Positions 20,061 through 30,300 of a stretch of DNA of 64,000 nucleotides are shown in pieces. The position numbers and the translations under genes were made by a program. Source of the stretch: a virus. Each line of letters begins with the position of its first letter. Within the stretch, counting starts at the first letter, position 1. A model generated the notes under the pieces. It saw only the letters and a list, made by a program, of their open reading frames with translations. It searched no databases and was not told the DNA's origin. Where the stretch lies: IMG/VR virus record IMGVR_UViG_3300013094_000026, positions 1 through 64,000 of that record; one strand, 5' to 3'.

Positions 20061-20870
20061 ATGGCTACAAGTACAAAAAACGTAATCGTCGGTGCAGCAT
20101 CATTGTTCACTAGTGTTGGTAACAGCTCTAATACATTTGGTCGTCCAGCAACAGATTCAACAACTCTTAATAGTCTTTTTTCTTCAGGTACTCCAGCACG
20201 TCAAAGCCTTCTTGCATCAGCAGGAGCAGCTAACGGCGGATATCGTGAAGTAGGATATACAAGCACAGGACTTGAGGTTTCATACGAGCCAGTATATGGT
20301 GAAGTTATGGTTGATCAACTTCTTGATGCAGCTCGTCTTTTCAAGCAAACACTTAAGGTTATGCTTAAGACAGAGCTTTCAGAGGCAACTCTTGAAAACC
20401 TACAGTTCTCATGGGGACAAATGGACTCATACTATGTTGCAAATAGTGCAAGCACAGTAACATCAGTACCTTCATTGATTCCAAATGATTCAACAATTAG
20501 CTCATCTGATTCTCCAGCAGCAACACTAAACATGGCTGCAGGTGCTCTTGGAGATGCTCCAGTAGAGCGTGTTCTAATTGCCGTTGGACAAGCTCCAGCA
20601 CAAATCGGATCATCTGTAACACTTGATGTACCAACAGGTGCAAGTGGTTCCACAGTTCTTAGCCCAAATGCAACAACATCAGCTTTGCGTAGCAAAGAGC
20701 GTGTTTATGTAGCACGTCGTGTTGTTTCAATTGATACAACAATGCATGCACTTAAGCGTGATGCAGCAACAGTATTCCCAGTGAATTTCCGTTGCTTACC
20801 AGATTCTGACTACAAGTATGCAGGTGCAGAATATGGCGTTGTTATTGACCGTGTATTCGGTACAAACTAA
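20061..20870 (+). CDS. Major tail tube protein
   Basis: VGYTSTGLEVSYEP..EVMVDQ, TELSEATLENL and FPVNFRCL siphovirus tube motifs. Confidence 0.88.
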   Translation: MATSTKNVIVGAASLFTSVGNSSNTFGRPATDSTTLNSLFSSGTPARQSLLASAGAANGGYREVGYTSTGLEVSYEPVYGEVMVDQLLDAARLFKQTLKVMLKTELSEATLENLQFSWGQMDSYYVANSASTVTSVPSLIPNDSTISSSDSPAATLNMAAGALGDAPVERVLIAVGQAPAQIGSSVTLDVPTGASGSTVLSPNATTSALRSKERVYVARRVVSIDTTMHALKRDAATVFPVNFRCLPDSDYKYAGAEYGVVIDRVFGTN

Positions 20871-20910
20871 TAACTAAATACAATTAAATAAAAATTTAAT
20901 ATAGATTCAA

Positions 20911-20932
20911 GCCCCGTCATAAATGGCGGGGC
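20911..20932 (+). terminator. Terminator hairpin after tail tube gene
   Basis: GCCCCGTCAT-AA-ATGGCGGGGC. Confidence 0.7.
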
Positions 20933-20995
20933 CTCTGAATTTGTCTATATAGATATTCTTGGTATAATTTAACTAACTAATAAAGGAGCAATAAA

Positions 20996-21331
20996 TTGGC
21001 AACAACAGTGTATGATATTTTAGATATTGAACTAAGTGATGGATCATCCATTACTCTAAAGCCATTGCCTATTAAGCAATTAAGAAAATTTATGGAAGTT
21101 ATTAATAGCATGCAAGAATCAGAAAATGAAGATCCAGATGCTGCAATGGATGTATTTATTAAAGCAGCAATGATCTGTCTTAAAAACATTAGACCAGATT
21201 TATCAGAAGATCAAGATAAATTTGAGGATATTGTTGAAGTGCCAACCATGATGAAAATTCTTGAAGTTGTAGGGGGTCTTAAGCTAACAGACCCAAACCT
21301 TCTGGGAGCGGCTCTAGTTGGGACGAACTAG
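20996..21331 (+). CDS. Tail assembly chaperone (gpG-like)
   Basis: Between tube and tape measure; AAGGAG SD, TTG start. Confidence 0.85.
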   Translation: MATTVYDILDIELSDGSSITLKPLPIKQLRKFMEVINSMQESENEDPDAAMDVFIKAAMICLKNIRPDLSEDQDKFEDIVEVPTMMKILEVVGGLKLTDPNLLGAALVGTN

Positions 21332-21615
21332 ATCTACGCTCCTTAGAGTCTGAAGTATTCTTACTCGGTCATTGGAAAAACTTTGATGAGTTGGAAGAAA
21401 ATCTTTCACTAGAAGAACTAACAGCGGTGTTAGAAGCTTCAAGAAAGAAAGATTATGAAGATAAAAAGTTTGCAGCATCTATTCAAGGTATAGATCTTGA
21501 TGAAGAGGTTGAGGAAAAAGAAGTGGAAGATATCTCTACTTTAAACTCAAGATATGTTGCACAAAAAGAAGGTTTTGGTCCAGGAGAAGGATTGGGATTT
21601 TTGACTTTAGAATAA
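21292..21615 (+). CDS. Tail assembly chaperone -1 frameshift extension (gpGT-like)
   Basis: In-frame slippery heptamer C CCA AAC at 21292-21298; -1 frame open to 21615 (..SWDELDLRSLESEVFLLGHWKNFDELEENLSLEEL..). Confidence 0.85.
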   Translation, partial: PKPSGSGSSWDELDLRSLESEVFLLGHWKNFDELEENLSLEELTAVLEASRKKDYEDKKFAASIQGIDLDEEVEEKEVEDISTLNSRYVAQKEGFGPGEGLGFLTLE

Positions 21616-21634
21616 AAAATGGGGGTGCAAATAA

Positions 21635-24600
21635 TTGGCTAATATTGAATTAAATATTGTTGCACTTGGAGACTTTAGTGCGGTAAACGCAGAAATAAAA
21701 AAGTTACAAGCCCAAGTTGCAGCATTAAATAATGGTCTTGGAATAAACCCAATTACCCCTCAATTATCTTCAAGTTTAAAAACTACTACAAATGATTTTA
21801 GTAATGCACTTCTTGCAAGTAATGGTTTTACAAAACAAACAGTTCAACTTACTTCTGAAACACAAAAATTTGGAAAAGCACTTGAAAGTGGAAAGTTAAG
21901 CCTAGGTCAATATTTTCAAATTATTAATAGTAGATCTGGTGCAGCAACAGATTCAGTTAAACAGCTAGCATTAGAGCAAACAAAACTTCAGAATTCTGTA
22001 ATTATGGCAGACCCTACAAAACAGGGTTTTTATTCTGTATTTACACCAACTACTATTGATGCTACTGCAAATGCTACAAAAATTGCTGCAAATGAAGCAA
22101 ATATCTATGCACTTGCAGTTCAAAAGGGTTCCCAGAAGTTAATTGATTTTGGTAAAAATACACAATGGGCTGGCCGTCAGTTAACTGTTGGTCTGGGTAT
22201 TCCAATATTATTATTTGGATCACAGGCTGTTAAATCATTTGATGATGTAAATAAAGCACTTACACAGTTACAAAAAGTATATGGTGAAGGATTAACTCCT
22301 CCAAGCCAAGACCAGGTTAATAAAATTTCTCAAGATGTTCTTAATTTAGGAAGAAATCTTGCTCAAACTACAGGTATATCTCAGCAATTTACTGTTCAGG
22401 TAGCAGCACAATTTGCTGCTATGGGTAAAATGGGAGATAACCTAACTAATGCTACAGAGCAAACTGTCAGGCTTGCCAAGCTTGGAAACCTTGATCAACA
22501 AACTGCAACAAATGCTGTTATTGCTTTGCAAAATGTTTATAAATTAAATACAACACAATTGGGTGATGCAGTAAATTATTTTGGAGCAATTCAGAAGCAA
22601 ACCTCGCTTTCCATGAACGACTTAGTTTCTGCAGAAAGTAAAGTTGGTCCAATTATTGATCAATTGGGCGGAAGCTATAAAGATACATCTATTATGCTTC
22701 TTGCTATGAAAGAAGCAGGTGTTCCAGCAGCACAAGCAGCAAACGCTCTTAAGTCAGCATTTGGATCTATCATTGCACCAACATCTGCAGCAGTAAAAGA
22801 GTTTAAGTCATTTGGAATAAATTTAGAGGCAATCAAGACAGCTGGTGGTCCAGTTCAGATGATACAGCAGCTTCAAGCTTCATTACAGAATTTGTCCCCA
22901 TTAGTAAAAGAACAGTTGATTGAAAAGCTTTTTGGCAAGTATCAATTTTCAAGAATGTCAGCACTTATTGACAACTTTGGAAAAGTAGGAAGTCAAACAG
23001 TAAATGCTATTAAAGTAGCTGGAGCATCATCATCTCAGTTGGCAGATCTTGCTAACCAAGAAATGAAACAAGCAACATCATCTCCATCTGCACAATGGCA
23101 GATTGCACTTAATACATTTAAAGCAGATTTGTACCCAGTTGGACAAATGATTATTAAAATTGGTACAGATGTTATGAAGTTTGCTAATGGTGTAGCAAAA
23201 GCATTTCAGGGACTACCTGGCCCAGTAAAATTAGTTTTAGGAATACTAGTTGGCTTCGTCGCTATATCTGGACCAGTTATTATGTTAACTGGTTTGCTTG
23301 CAAACTTTGCGGGTAACATTCTTAAGGGTGTCTTTAACTTAAAACAACTTGTTACTGGTGGTAAGACGTTAGGTCAATTACTAACACCAGAACTAATTGC
23401 AGCACAAAATGCATCTGACTTATTTAGCCAAGGTGTCTTAGGAGATGCCGATGCAATTAAAGTTCTCAATGAACAAATTGTTATTTTAACTAATAATTTA
23501 AATAATCTTGTAAACAATATGGGTCAAGGTGCGGGTCTTCCTGCAATTACTGATTCTTTAAAAACAGACGTGGGAGCATTAGTAACAAAAGAAGCAACTA
23601 TTGCAGAGCAACTAGTTTTACCAGGATTTGCGACTGGAGGATTTGTTCCAGGCTCGGGTAATTCAGATTCATTCCCAGCAATGCTAACCCCTGGAGAGGC
23701 AGTTATACCAAAGGGACCTGCAAAACAATATTCTTCATTTATTGGTGCAATGATTGGCGGTAATTTAAAGGGGTATGCTGAAGGTACTATAAGAGCTTAT
23801 CCTGAATATGCATTAAGATTACAAAATAGATCTGAAAATATGGCAAGAAGAGCTGGAACAACATCTGAAGAAAGCGTTATGGCTCCTCTTGCAATGAGAA
23901 TTGGTGAATCAAGAAATATTACTCCAAGTGCATCTCAAGTACAAAAAGGTTCATTTGACCCAATTGTTTCGCAATACAAAGATATTGTCAAGAATTTTAC
24001 ACAAAAATTAAATGAACATTTTAATACTACTTATAGTAACATTGTTGATAGTGATGAAAGATTTTCAAAAGCATGGACAGAAGCTGGAAAATCTGTTGAA
24101 TCAGAAGTTAATAAAATACAGAGTGATGTAGAAAAAGGGATAGTAAGAAAAACATTTGGTTTGGATGAAGATGTATATGGAACAATTCCTACTATGTCAA
24201 GAAGACCTGGCGGAAATGTTCCTGAAAGAGCAAGAAAAGCTATTCAATCAGTAAGAGCAACTGGCAGAAGATCTTATGTATCAATATCTGGCGGAGCTAA
24301 AGCTTTGTATGAAAAAATGACTGATTCTTCAGCATCAGAAATGCAGATGGGCCATGTATACGGTCCACAACAAATTGCTGTTGATGAATTAAAACAGCTT
24401 CCAAACCAAACAAAAGCATTGTCAAAAGCAATGGAAGTTATGGGGCAGAATGTCACAGAAGGATATTCAACTGGCATAAAAAATTCTTCCACTAAAGTTG
24501 AAAAGTCTGCAGAAGAACTCGCAAAAATTCCACTAGAAACTGTGCAAAAAGAATTAGATATAAATTCTCCATCAGGTTCATTTGCAGATAATGTTGGAAA

Positions 24601-26764
24601 ACCGATTGTTCAAGGTATTCAACAAGGATTCCAAGAAGCACTTCCAGGTTTTGAAAATATTGTTACCTCATCTATGAATGAAACTGCAGGTAAGTTGTCG
24701 TCAGGTGTCAACGGAGAACCTTGGTGGATGGCTGGAGAAAATTATGTAACGCAAACTGCTAAAGGAATTACTGAAAATTCTGCTGTAGTTGTAGATGCTG
24801 CAAATGAAGTTGCAGATAAAGCATCGGTTTCTATGGTGGAAAGAGTAAAGGGAACACTTTCTGGCAAAGTAGGTAAAACTGGTGGCATGGGTCTTGCAAT
24901 GGCACTACCTATGTTAAGTGGAATGTTGCCACAAAGTATAGGTGGTGTAAATATTTCTGGTGCTACAAGCATCGCATCATCTGGATTATCAGGCGGTTTA
25001 GCTGCAAGCATGATAGGTATGAATGCAGAAGAAGGAACTTTTGCTGCAAAAATAGGTAGTTTAGCACCAGCTATAGGTGGAGCTGTTGCAGCATTTTCAT
25101 TATTGAAAATGGCAATTGATAATACAACAGCTGCAAACCGTGAAGCTAAAAATGTAATGCAGGAAACTTATGGTAAGTCAAATGTAGCCACACAATATTT
25201 TGGTTTATCTGCAAGCAATATAAGCCAGTTTGATTTTTCAGGACTGATCTCTGGGGTTAAATCTTCAACAACATCTTTACAAGAAAATAAGGCTGCTATT
25301 GATGCACTTACTGCAGCATATCAAAATGCAACAGATCAACAAACAAAAGATTATTTGAAGCAAGTAGGTGCTGCAAGTGGTTCTGCATTAACAGATCTTA
25401 TGAAAGCAAGATACAATACTGATCTTGCACAAGGGGCAACTGCAAAACAAGCTCTACAGGATATAACATCTATAATGAAAGCATCTGGGCAAGGAACACT
25501 TGCAAGACAATATGCTTTAAATAATATTGGTGCTAAATCAACTGATAATGCTGCCAAAGGATTTCAAGATGCTTTAAGGACAGCTCTTGCTCCATATGAA
25601 GAATATGCAACAAAAGCCAAAAAAGAAAAATTTGCATTACAAGGTAGAGGTGCTCCAACTGATGCAGAAAGAGCACAAAATGTTAAAGCAGAAGATATAG
25701 CTGCTGTAGCAACAGAGCTTTTAAATGTCGCACAAACTACCCCTAAGAACTTAAAAACAATTATTGATGGACTTACAGGTGCATCAGGTAAGGCAGCTAA
25801 AGATTTAGTTAATACAGAAGGTGTATTTAAAAGTTTACAAGATACTGTTTCCAAAGTAAATCCAGATATGGCTACATGGATGCAAAAACAAAGAGATCTT
25901 TATGATGCAGGTAAGAAAAATGCATTAACTACTGTTGATATGGCAAAAGCAGTATCACTACTAAATTCAAATTTAATTCAATCTCCATCTGACTTACAAA
26001 AAATGGCAGATGCTGCTAAAAGAACCATTGCTGAAGAAATAGACTTTTTATTTAATTCTGCAAAAGCACAAAGTACAAAACCTGGCGGAGGTTCAAGCAC
26101 TACTACACCTCCTCCTTTACCACCAATAGTAGATACATCAATACCTAAGCCATTTACTGGAACTGCACAAGAAAAAGCATTAGAAAAAGCATTACAGGGT
26201 AATTTAACCGCCCAAAATGCACAATTAAAAATTGCAAAAGATGAATTAACTGTTCAAAATAAAATTGCTCAAGAAGCAAAAGCACAACTTCAATATCAGC
26301 AACAGATTACTTCCTTGCAAAATGATATGAAAACTGCTATGATAAGTGGTAATTACTTACAGGCAGCAAGTTTGAAACAACAAATTTCTGGTGCAGCAGT
26401 AGATTTTAATGCAACCAGTGTACAAACAAAAATGCAGGATCAGGTTGATACTTTGCAAAATAATGCTGATCAAATTAATCAAGCATTATCAGATTTAAAG
26501 GATGCTATAGCAAATGGAGCAACTAAAATTGATGCAAGTATATTGGCAGCTAAAAAGATTAAACCAATTGATGCTAAATCAATTGTATCGGGGGTTGCGG
26601 GGAATGGTGTTACTGTAGAGGTTAATATTACTTCAACTGGAGAAGTAACACATACTTCAACAACATCAAGTCATCCAAAAACTAAAACAACAGTTTCGCA
26701 TAAGAATCCAAAAGTAGTTCCAAGTGGTAGTAAGATAAATAATGTAAGAGGAAGTGTAAGATAA
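21635..26764 (+). CDS. Tape measure protein
   Basis: 1709 aa helical Ala/Gln-rich; GKNTQWAGRQLTVG core, hydrophobic segments, FATGGFVPG..DSFPAMLTPGE motif. Confidence 0.93.
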   Translation: MANIELNIVALGDFSAVNAEIKKLQAQVAALNNGLGINPITPQLSSSLKTTTNDFSNALLASNGFTKQTVQLTSETQKFGKALESGKLSLGQYFQIINSRSGAATDSVKQLALEQTKLQNSVIMADPTKQGFYSVFTPTTIDATANATKIAANEANIYALAVQKGSQKLIDFGKNTQWAGRQLTVGLGIPILLFGSQAVKSFDDVNKALTQLQKVYGEGLTPPSQDQVNKISQDVLNLGRNLAQTTGISQQFTVQVAAQFAAMGKMGDNLTNATEQTVRLAKLGNLDQQTATNAVIALQNVYKLNTTQLGDAVNYFGAIQKQTSLSMNDLVSAESKVGPIIDQLGGSYKDTSIMLLAMKEAGVPAAQAANALKSAFGSIIAPTSAAVKEFKSFGINLEAIKTAGGPVQMIQQLQASLQNLSPLVKEQLIEKLFGKYQFSRMSALIDNFGKVGSQTVNAIKVAGASSSQLADLANQEMKQATSSPSAQWQIALNTFKADLYPVGQMIIKIGTDVMKFANGVAKAFQGLPGPVKLVLGILVGFVAISGPVIMLTGLLANFAGNILKGVFNLKQLVTGGKTLGQLLTPELIAAQNASDLFSQGVLGDADAIKVLNEQIVILTNNLNNLVNNMGQGAGLPAITDSLKTDVGALVTKEATIAEQLVLPGFATGGFVPGSGNSDSFPAMLTPGEAVIPKGPAKQYSSFIGAMIGGNLKGYAEGTIRAYPEYALRLQNRSENMARRAGTTSEESVMAPLAMRIGESRNITPSASQVQKGSFDPIVSQYKDIVKNFTQKLNEHFNTTYSNIVDSDERFSKAWTEAGKSVESEVNKIQSDVEKGIVRKTFGLDEDVYGTIPTMSRRPGGNVPERARKAIQSVRATGRRSYVSISGGAKALYEKMTDSSASEMQMGHVYGPQQIAVDELKQLPNQTKALSKAMEVMGQNVTEGYSTGIKNSSTKVEKSAEELAKIPLETVQKELDINSPSGSFADNVGKPIVQGIQQGFQEALPGFENIVTSSMNETAGKLSSGVNGEPWWMAGENYVTQTAKGITENSAVVVDAANEVADKASVSMVERVKGTLSGKVGKTGGMGLAMALPMLSGMLPQSIGGVNISGATSIASSGLSGGLAASMIGMNAEEGTFAAKIGSLAPAIGGAVAAFSLLKMAIDNTTAANREAKNVMQETYGKSNVATQYFGLSASNISQFDFSGLISGVKSSTTSLQENKAAIDALTAAYQNATDQQTKDYLKQVGAASGSALTDLMKARYNTDLAQGATAKQALQDITSIMKASGQGTLARQYALNNIGAKSTDNAAKGFQDALRTALAPYEEYATKAKKEKFALQGRGAPTDAERAQNVKAEDIAAVATELLNVAQTTPKNLKTIIDGLTGASGKAAKDLVNTEGVFKSLQDTVSKVNPDMATWMQKQRDLYDAGKKNALTTVDMAKAVSLLNSNLIQSPSDLQKMADAAKRTIAEEIDFLFNSAKAQSTKPGGGSSTTTPPPLPPIVDTSIPKPFTGTAQEKALEKALQGNLTAQNAQLKIAKDELTVQNKIAQEAKAQLQYQQQITSLQNDMKTAMISGNYLQAASLKQQISGAAVDFNATSVQTKMQDQVDTLQNNADQINQALSDLKDAIANGATKIDASILAAKKIKPIDAKSIVSGVAGNGVTVEVNITSTGEVTHTSTTSSHPKTKTTVSHKNPKVVPSGSKINNVRGSVR

Positions 26765-27307
26765 ATGACATATTCAATTGCTCAGGGAGTACAAGTATCT
26801 TTAGATAATTCTACTTGGTATCCCCTTACAGATCATAACCGTCAACCTATTGATATTACATATACCCTTGTAGAGCAAGCAGATAGAATGGCAAATGGCA
26901 CTATGCGTAAATATGTAATTGCCAGAAAATTTGTTCATAAAATTACATGGAAAGATGTTCCCACATATGATCCATATTTAGTTGATTATAATGGAGCTGG
27001 GGGAACTTCCTGTGGTCCTGCCTGGATCAAAGCTTTTTATGAAGGTAATTATAATGCTCCAGTGTTTGTAAAGTTTCAGTTTGCACAAGATACTCCAGTT
27101 ATTAATGGAATTCCAAATGCTTCAACATATACTTCTTCCCGACAAAATCCGACGGGTACAAACCCAGAAGGTTTACCTTGGAATGTTTATGAAGCTTTTA
27201 TGACAACATTTGATTATCATATTACAAAAAGAACTGTAGGAAATAATTCTACAAGAGGAATTGGTTACGACCAAGTTGATCTGACACTAGAATTTACGGA
27301 GGTATAA
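26765..27307 (+). CDS. Distal tail (Dit-like) minor tail protein
   Basis: Follows TMP; RMANGTMRKY motif; ends LTLEFTEV. Confidence 0.7.
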   Translation: MTYSIAQGVQVSLDNSTWYPLTDHNRQPIDITYTLVEQADRMANGTMRKYVIARKFVHKITWKDVPTYDPYLVDYNGAGGTSCGPAWIKAFYEGNYNAPVFVKFQFAQDTPVINGIPNASTYTSSRQNPTGTNPEGLPWNVYEAFMTTFDYHITKRTVGNNSTRGIGYDQVDLTLEFTEV

Positions 27308-30300
27308 TGATAACTTCACCAAATGTTATTAGTGGTAATGTTACTACTAGCACTTTTCAAAATTCAAATTCTATTGAAATGGTTCCAATTGTTTCAGCAG
27401 AATGGAACATGAATTTATTTAATCAACCTTATATAACTGTTGCTGGGACGGGAAGTCCAGAAACTATTACATTAAGTAATGGATCTTTAAGCAGTGCAAG
27501 TAGTAACGATGCAATGCAAAATGTTACAACATATACATTTGCAATGTCAGGAAATCAAAAACAAATTGGTTATACAGTTAATACACAGTCTCCATATTCA
27601 CAAGCGTATAAAATTGTAACTTATATGAAAACTGATTCTGACTTGCCTATTATGGTAAATGCATATGCACAAGGCGGGTTACCTGGAGAGTATGGTTCAA
27701 CTACTGTTGACATTAATGCATTTGGTTATACTAAGATAGTCACATATTTAGGATCTAGTGCAACTCTTGGTGCTATATCCTATTTTACATATACAATTAA
27801 TTTGTCTAGTTATGGAGCAGATAATTTAACTGGAGTCAATGTTTTCTTAACACAACCAGAGGTTTATGCAACAACATTTTTTGATTATCAAAATAATTCA
27901 TTGTGGCCCACAGATAGTGTATTTAATTACTTTAGACCTGGAGAGTCGTATGTTACCAGTGGAAATTCTTATTGTGCACTTAAATCAAATAGAATAATTA
28001 ACACAAGTTTAACAAATAATCCAATTAACAATTCGTCAGTCACAAGAACAAATTTAATTACAAACCCTTCATTTGAAGACGGAACTACAAATGGTTATTC
28101 TTCAGCAAATTCATTGACAACCAGCACTAACTATTCTTATGTAGGGGTTTATTCTTCTTTGTCTACAGCTGTTTCATCAAATGATACAAATATGATTTAT
28201 CAAGCAACAACAATACCTACATCAGGAACTTATACTGCATCTGCTTATTTTTATGTTCCAGCAGGATCAAATTTAGCAGGACAACAAGTAGTTCTAAGCC
28301 CTGAATCAGGTCAAACATCAATAGTTGAGCATCCAACAACTTTAATTGCGGGGCAGTGGGTAAGAACGTATACAACTTTTAATTCTGATGCAGGTTCTGT
28401 ACCTGTAGTAGCGAGAATAAACGTTAACATACTTCAGCATAATGGAGATCAATTATACTCTGATGCATGGCTTCTTGAGTCAGGTTCAACTTTAGGTAGT
28501 TATTTTGAAGGAACTTCAACCTCACCTTTAGCAGGATCATACTATCCTCCAGCTACATCAATTATACAAAACCCGCAGTTTTTAATGGTTAATCCACCTG
28601 TACCAATGTATAAAAATGTTGCAGCAAGTGATATGGCTCCATACAAATATTTTGTTTCAGACACTTCAGCAAATATAGGCTACCCAAGCATTTCAGCGGT
28701 GTATCATACAGGATGTAGTGCAAATAAAATTGTATTAAAGTTTAATACAATTGTAACTAATCCGAACATAAGTGTTTCTCTTGATAACAACACTATTTGG
28801 GCAGGATCTGTAAATGATTCAACTGAATCAGGTGTTTTAACTTTGTATTATGACGGATCTTCTTGGTCAACAAATAGTTGGACAACAATGCCATCATTTA
28901 TTGAAACTAAAGGCTCTACTACAGGCAATATATCAATCTATCAAACATTTAATCAAATTACTGTTACGCAAACAGATGCAGCAATTAATTCTACATTTTC
29001 ATCATATTCAAATTCATACTTATCTGATGATGCAACAAGAATGCATTTGATTGAAATATCTCCCAGAATAGAGATAGATATATCTAAGTATGTTATGGAA
29101 TTAGATATTAATAAACAGCTTGATTCAAAAAATAATTATATTCCAATTTCATCAATTAACCCAAATGATGCCGAATTAACTCTTTCTTCAATACCAATTG
29201 CTGGAGTAAATAATGCTCCAATTCCTATATTTTCAAGTCAAAATAATTTATCATCAAATATTTTGTATAACATGATGAGAAAAAATATTAAGTTTTATTT
29301 TAGTTGGAAATTAATTAGTTATTCAAGTATTACAGGAACTACTTTTGTTAATTATTCAGACAATAACCCTACTAATCAAACTTATATACCCGCTGGAGTT
29401 TATTGGTCAAACTCATGGGATGAAACTGACATTCAAACAGTCAAAGTTGCATGTTATGATGTTGTAAATTATTTACAAATGGTTCCAGTTCCAGATTATG
29501 TTGCAAGCAATAAACCTATATTTGAAATTATAACCGATATCATGGATTTGGCGGGCTATACAGACTATGACGTTGATTCATTATTTAAAGTTTGTAATGA
29601 TACCTCTAAGCCAATGGATATGTATTATTATTTCTGTAATTCACAAAGTGGTACAGTTTATGATGCTTTATCAGAACTTTTCTTAGCACATCAAATTGGT
29701 GCATATATTGATGAATTTGGTGTTATGCGTTTCTTGAGTCTTGCAGATATTATGAGAAATCAAACTTCAGTTGCAACATTTGATGATTCTTCAATTATTC
29801 AAGGTGGTTATTCAATTACAAATAAAGCTAAGCCAGGAATGATTACTGTAAGTTACCAAGAACCTAAAGTACTTCAATCATTAGCATTGCAAAATGCAAC
29901 AAGTGTTGGCATTGAAAACTCACCATCATTTATATACACTACATCAAATGATGTTGTTTGGAGTCAGAAAAATGCAGATTCTGTAGGATATAATTATTTA
30001 TCTACAAGTATGTTGCAAAATGATAATTTCTTTACTATGAATAAAAATGATCTGCTTGATATATTCCATACATATTTATTAAATAATGATGGATATGCAG
30101 TTATTGAAGGTGAAATTGTTTCTTTCTTGTATAAAGAATATACTTTAACTCAAACATCTAATCCTTCAAATACTGTTACTGTTTATCCTAAAACAGACAT
30201 TGAATTAGCTGCATATATTGATTCTTTTGTAAAACAAAATAATGTAGGGTTTTTAAATAATAGTGCAACATTAACTGGAGCATCTATAACTACATCAACA

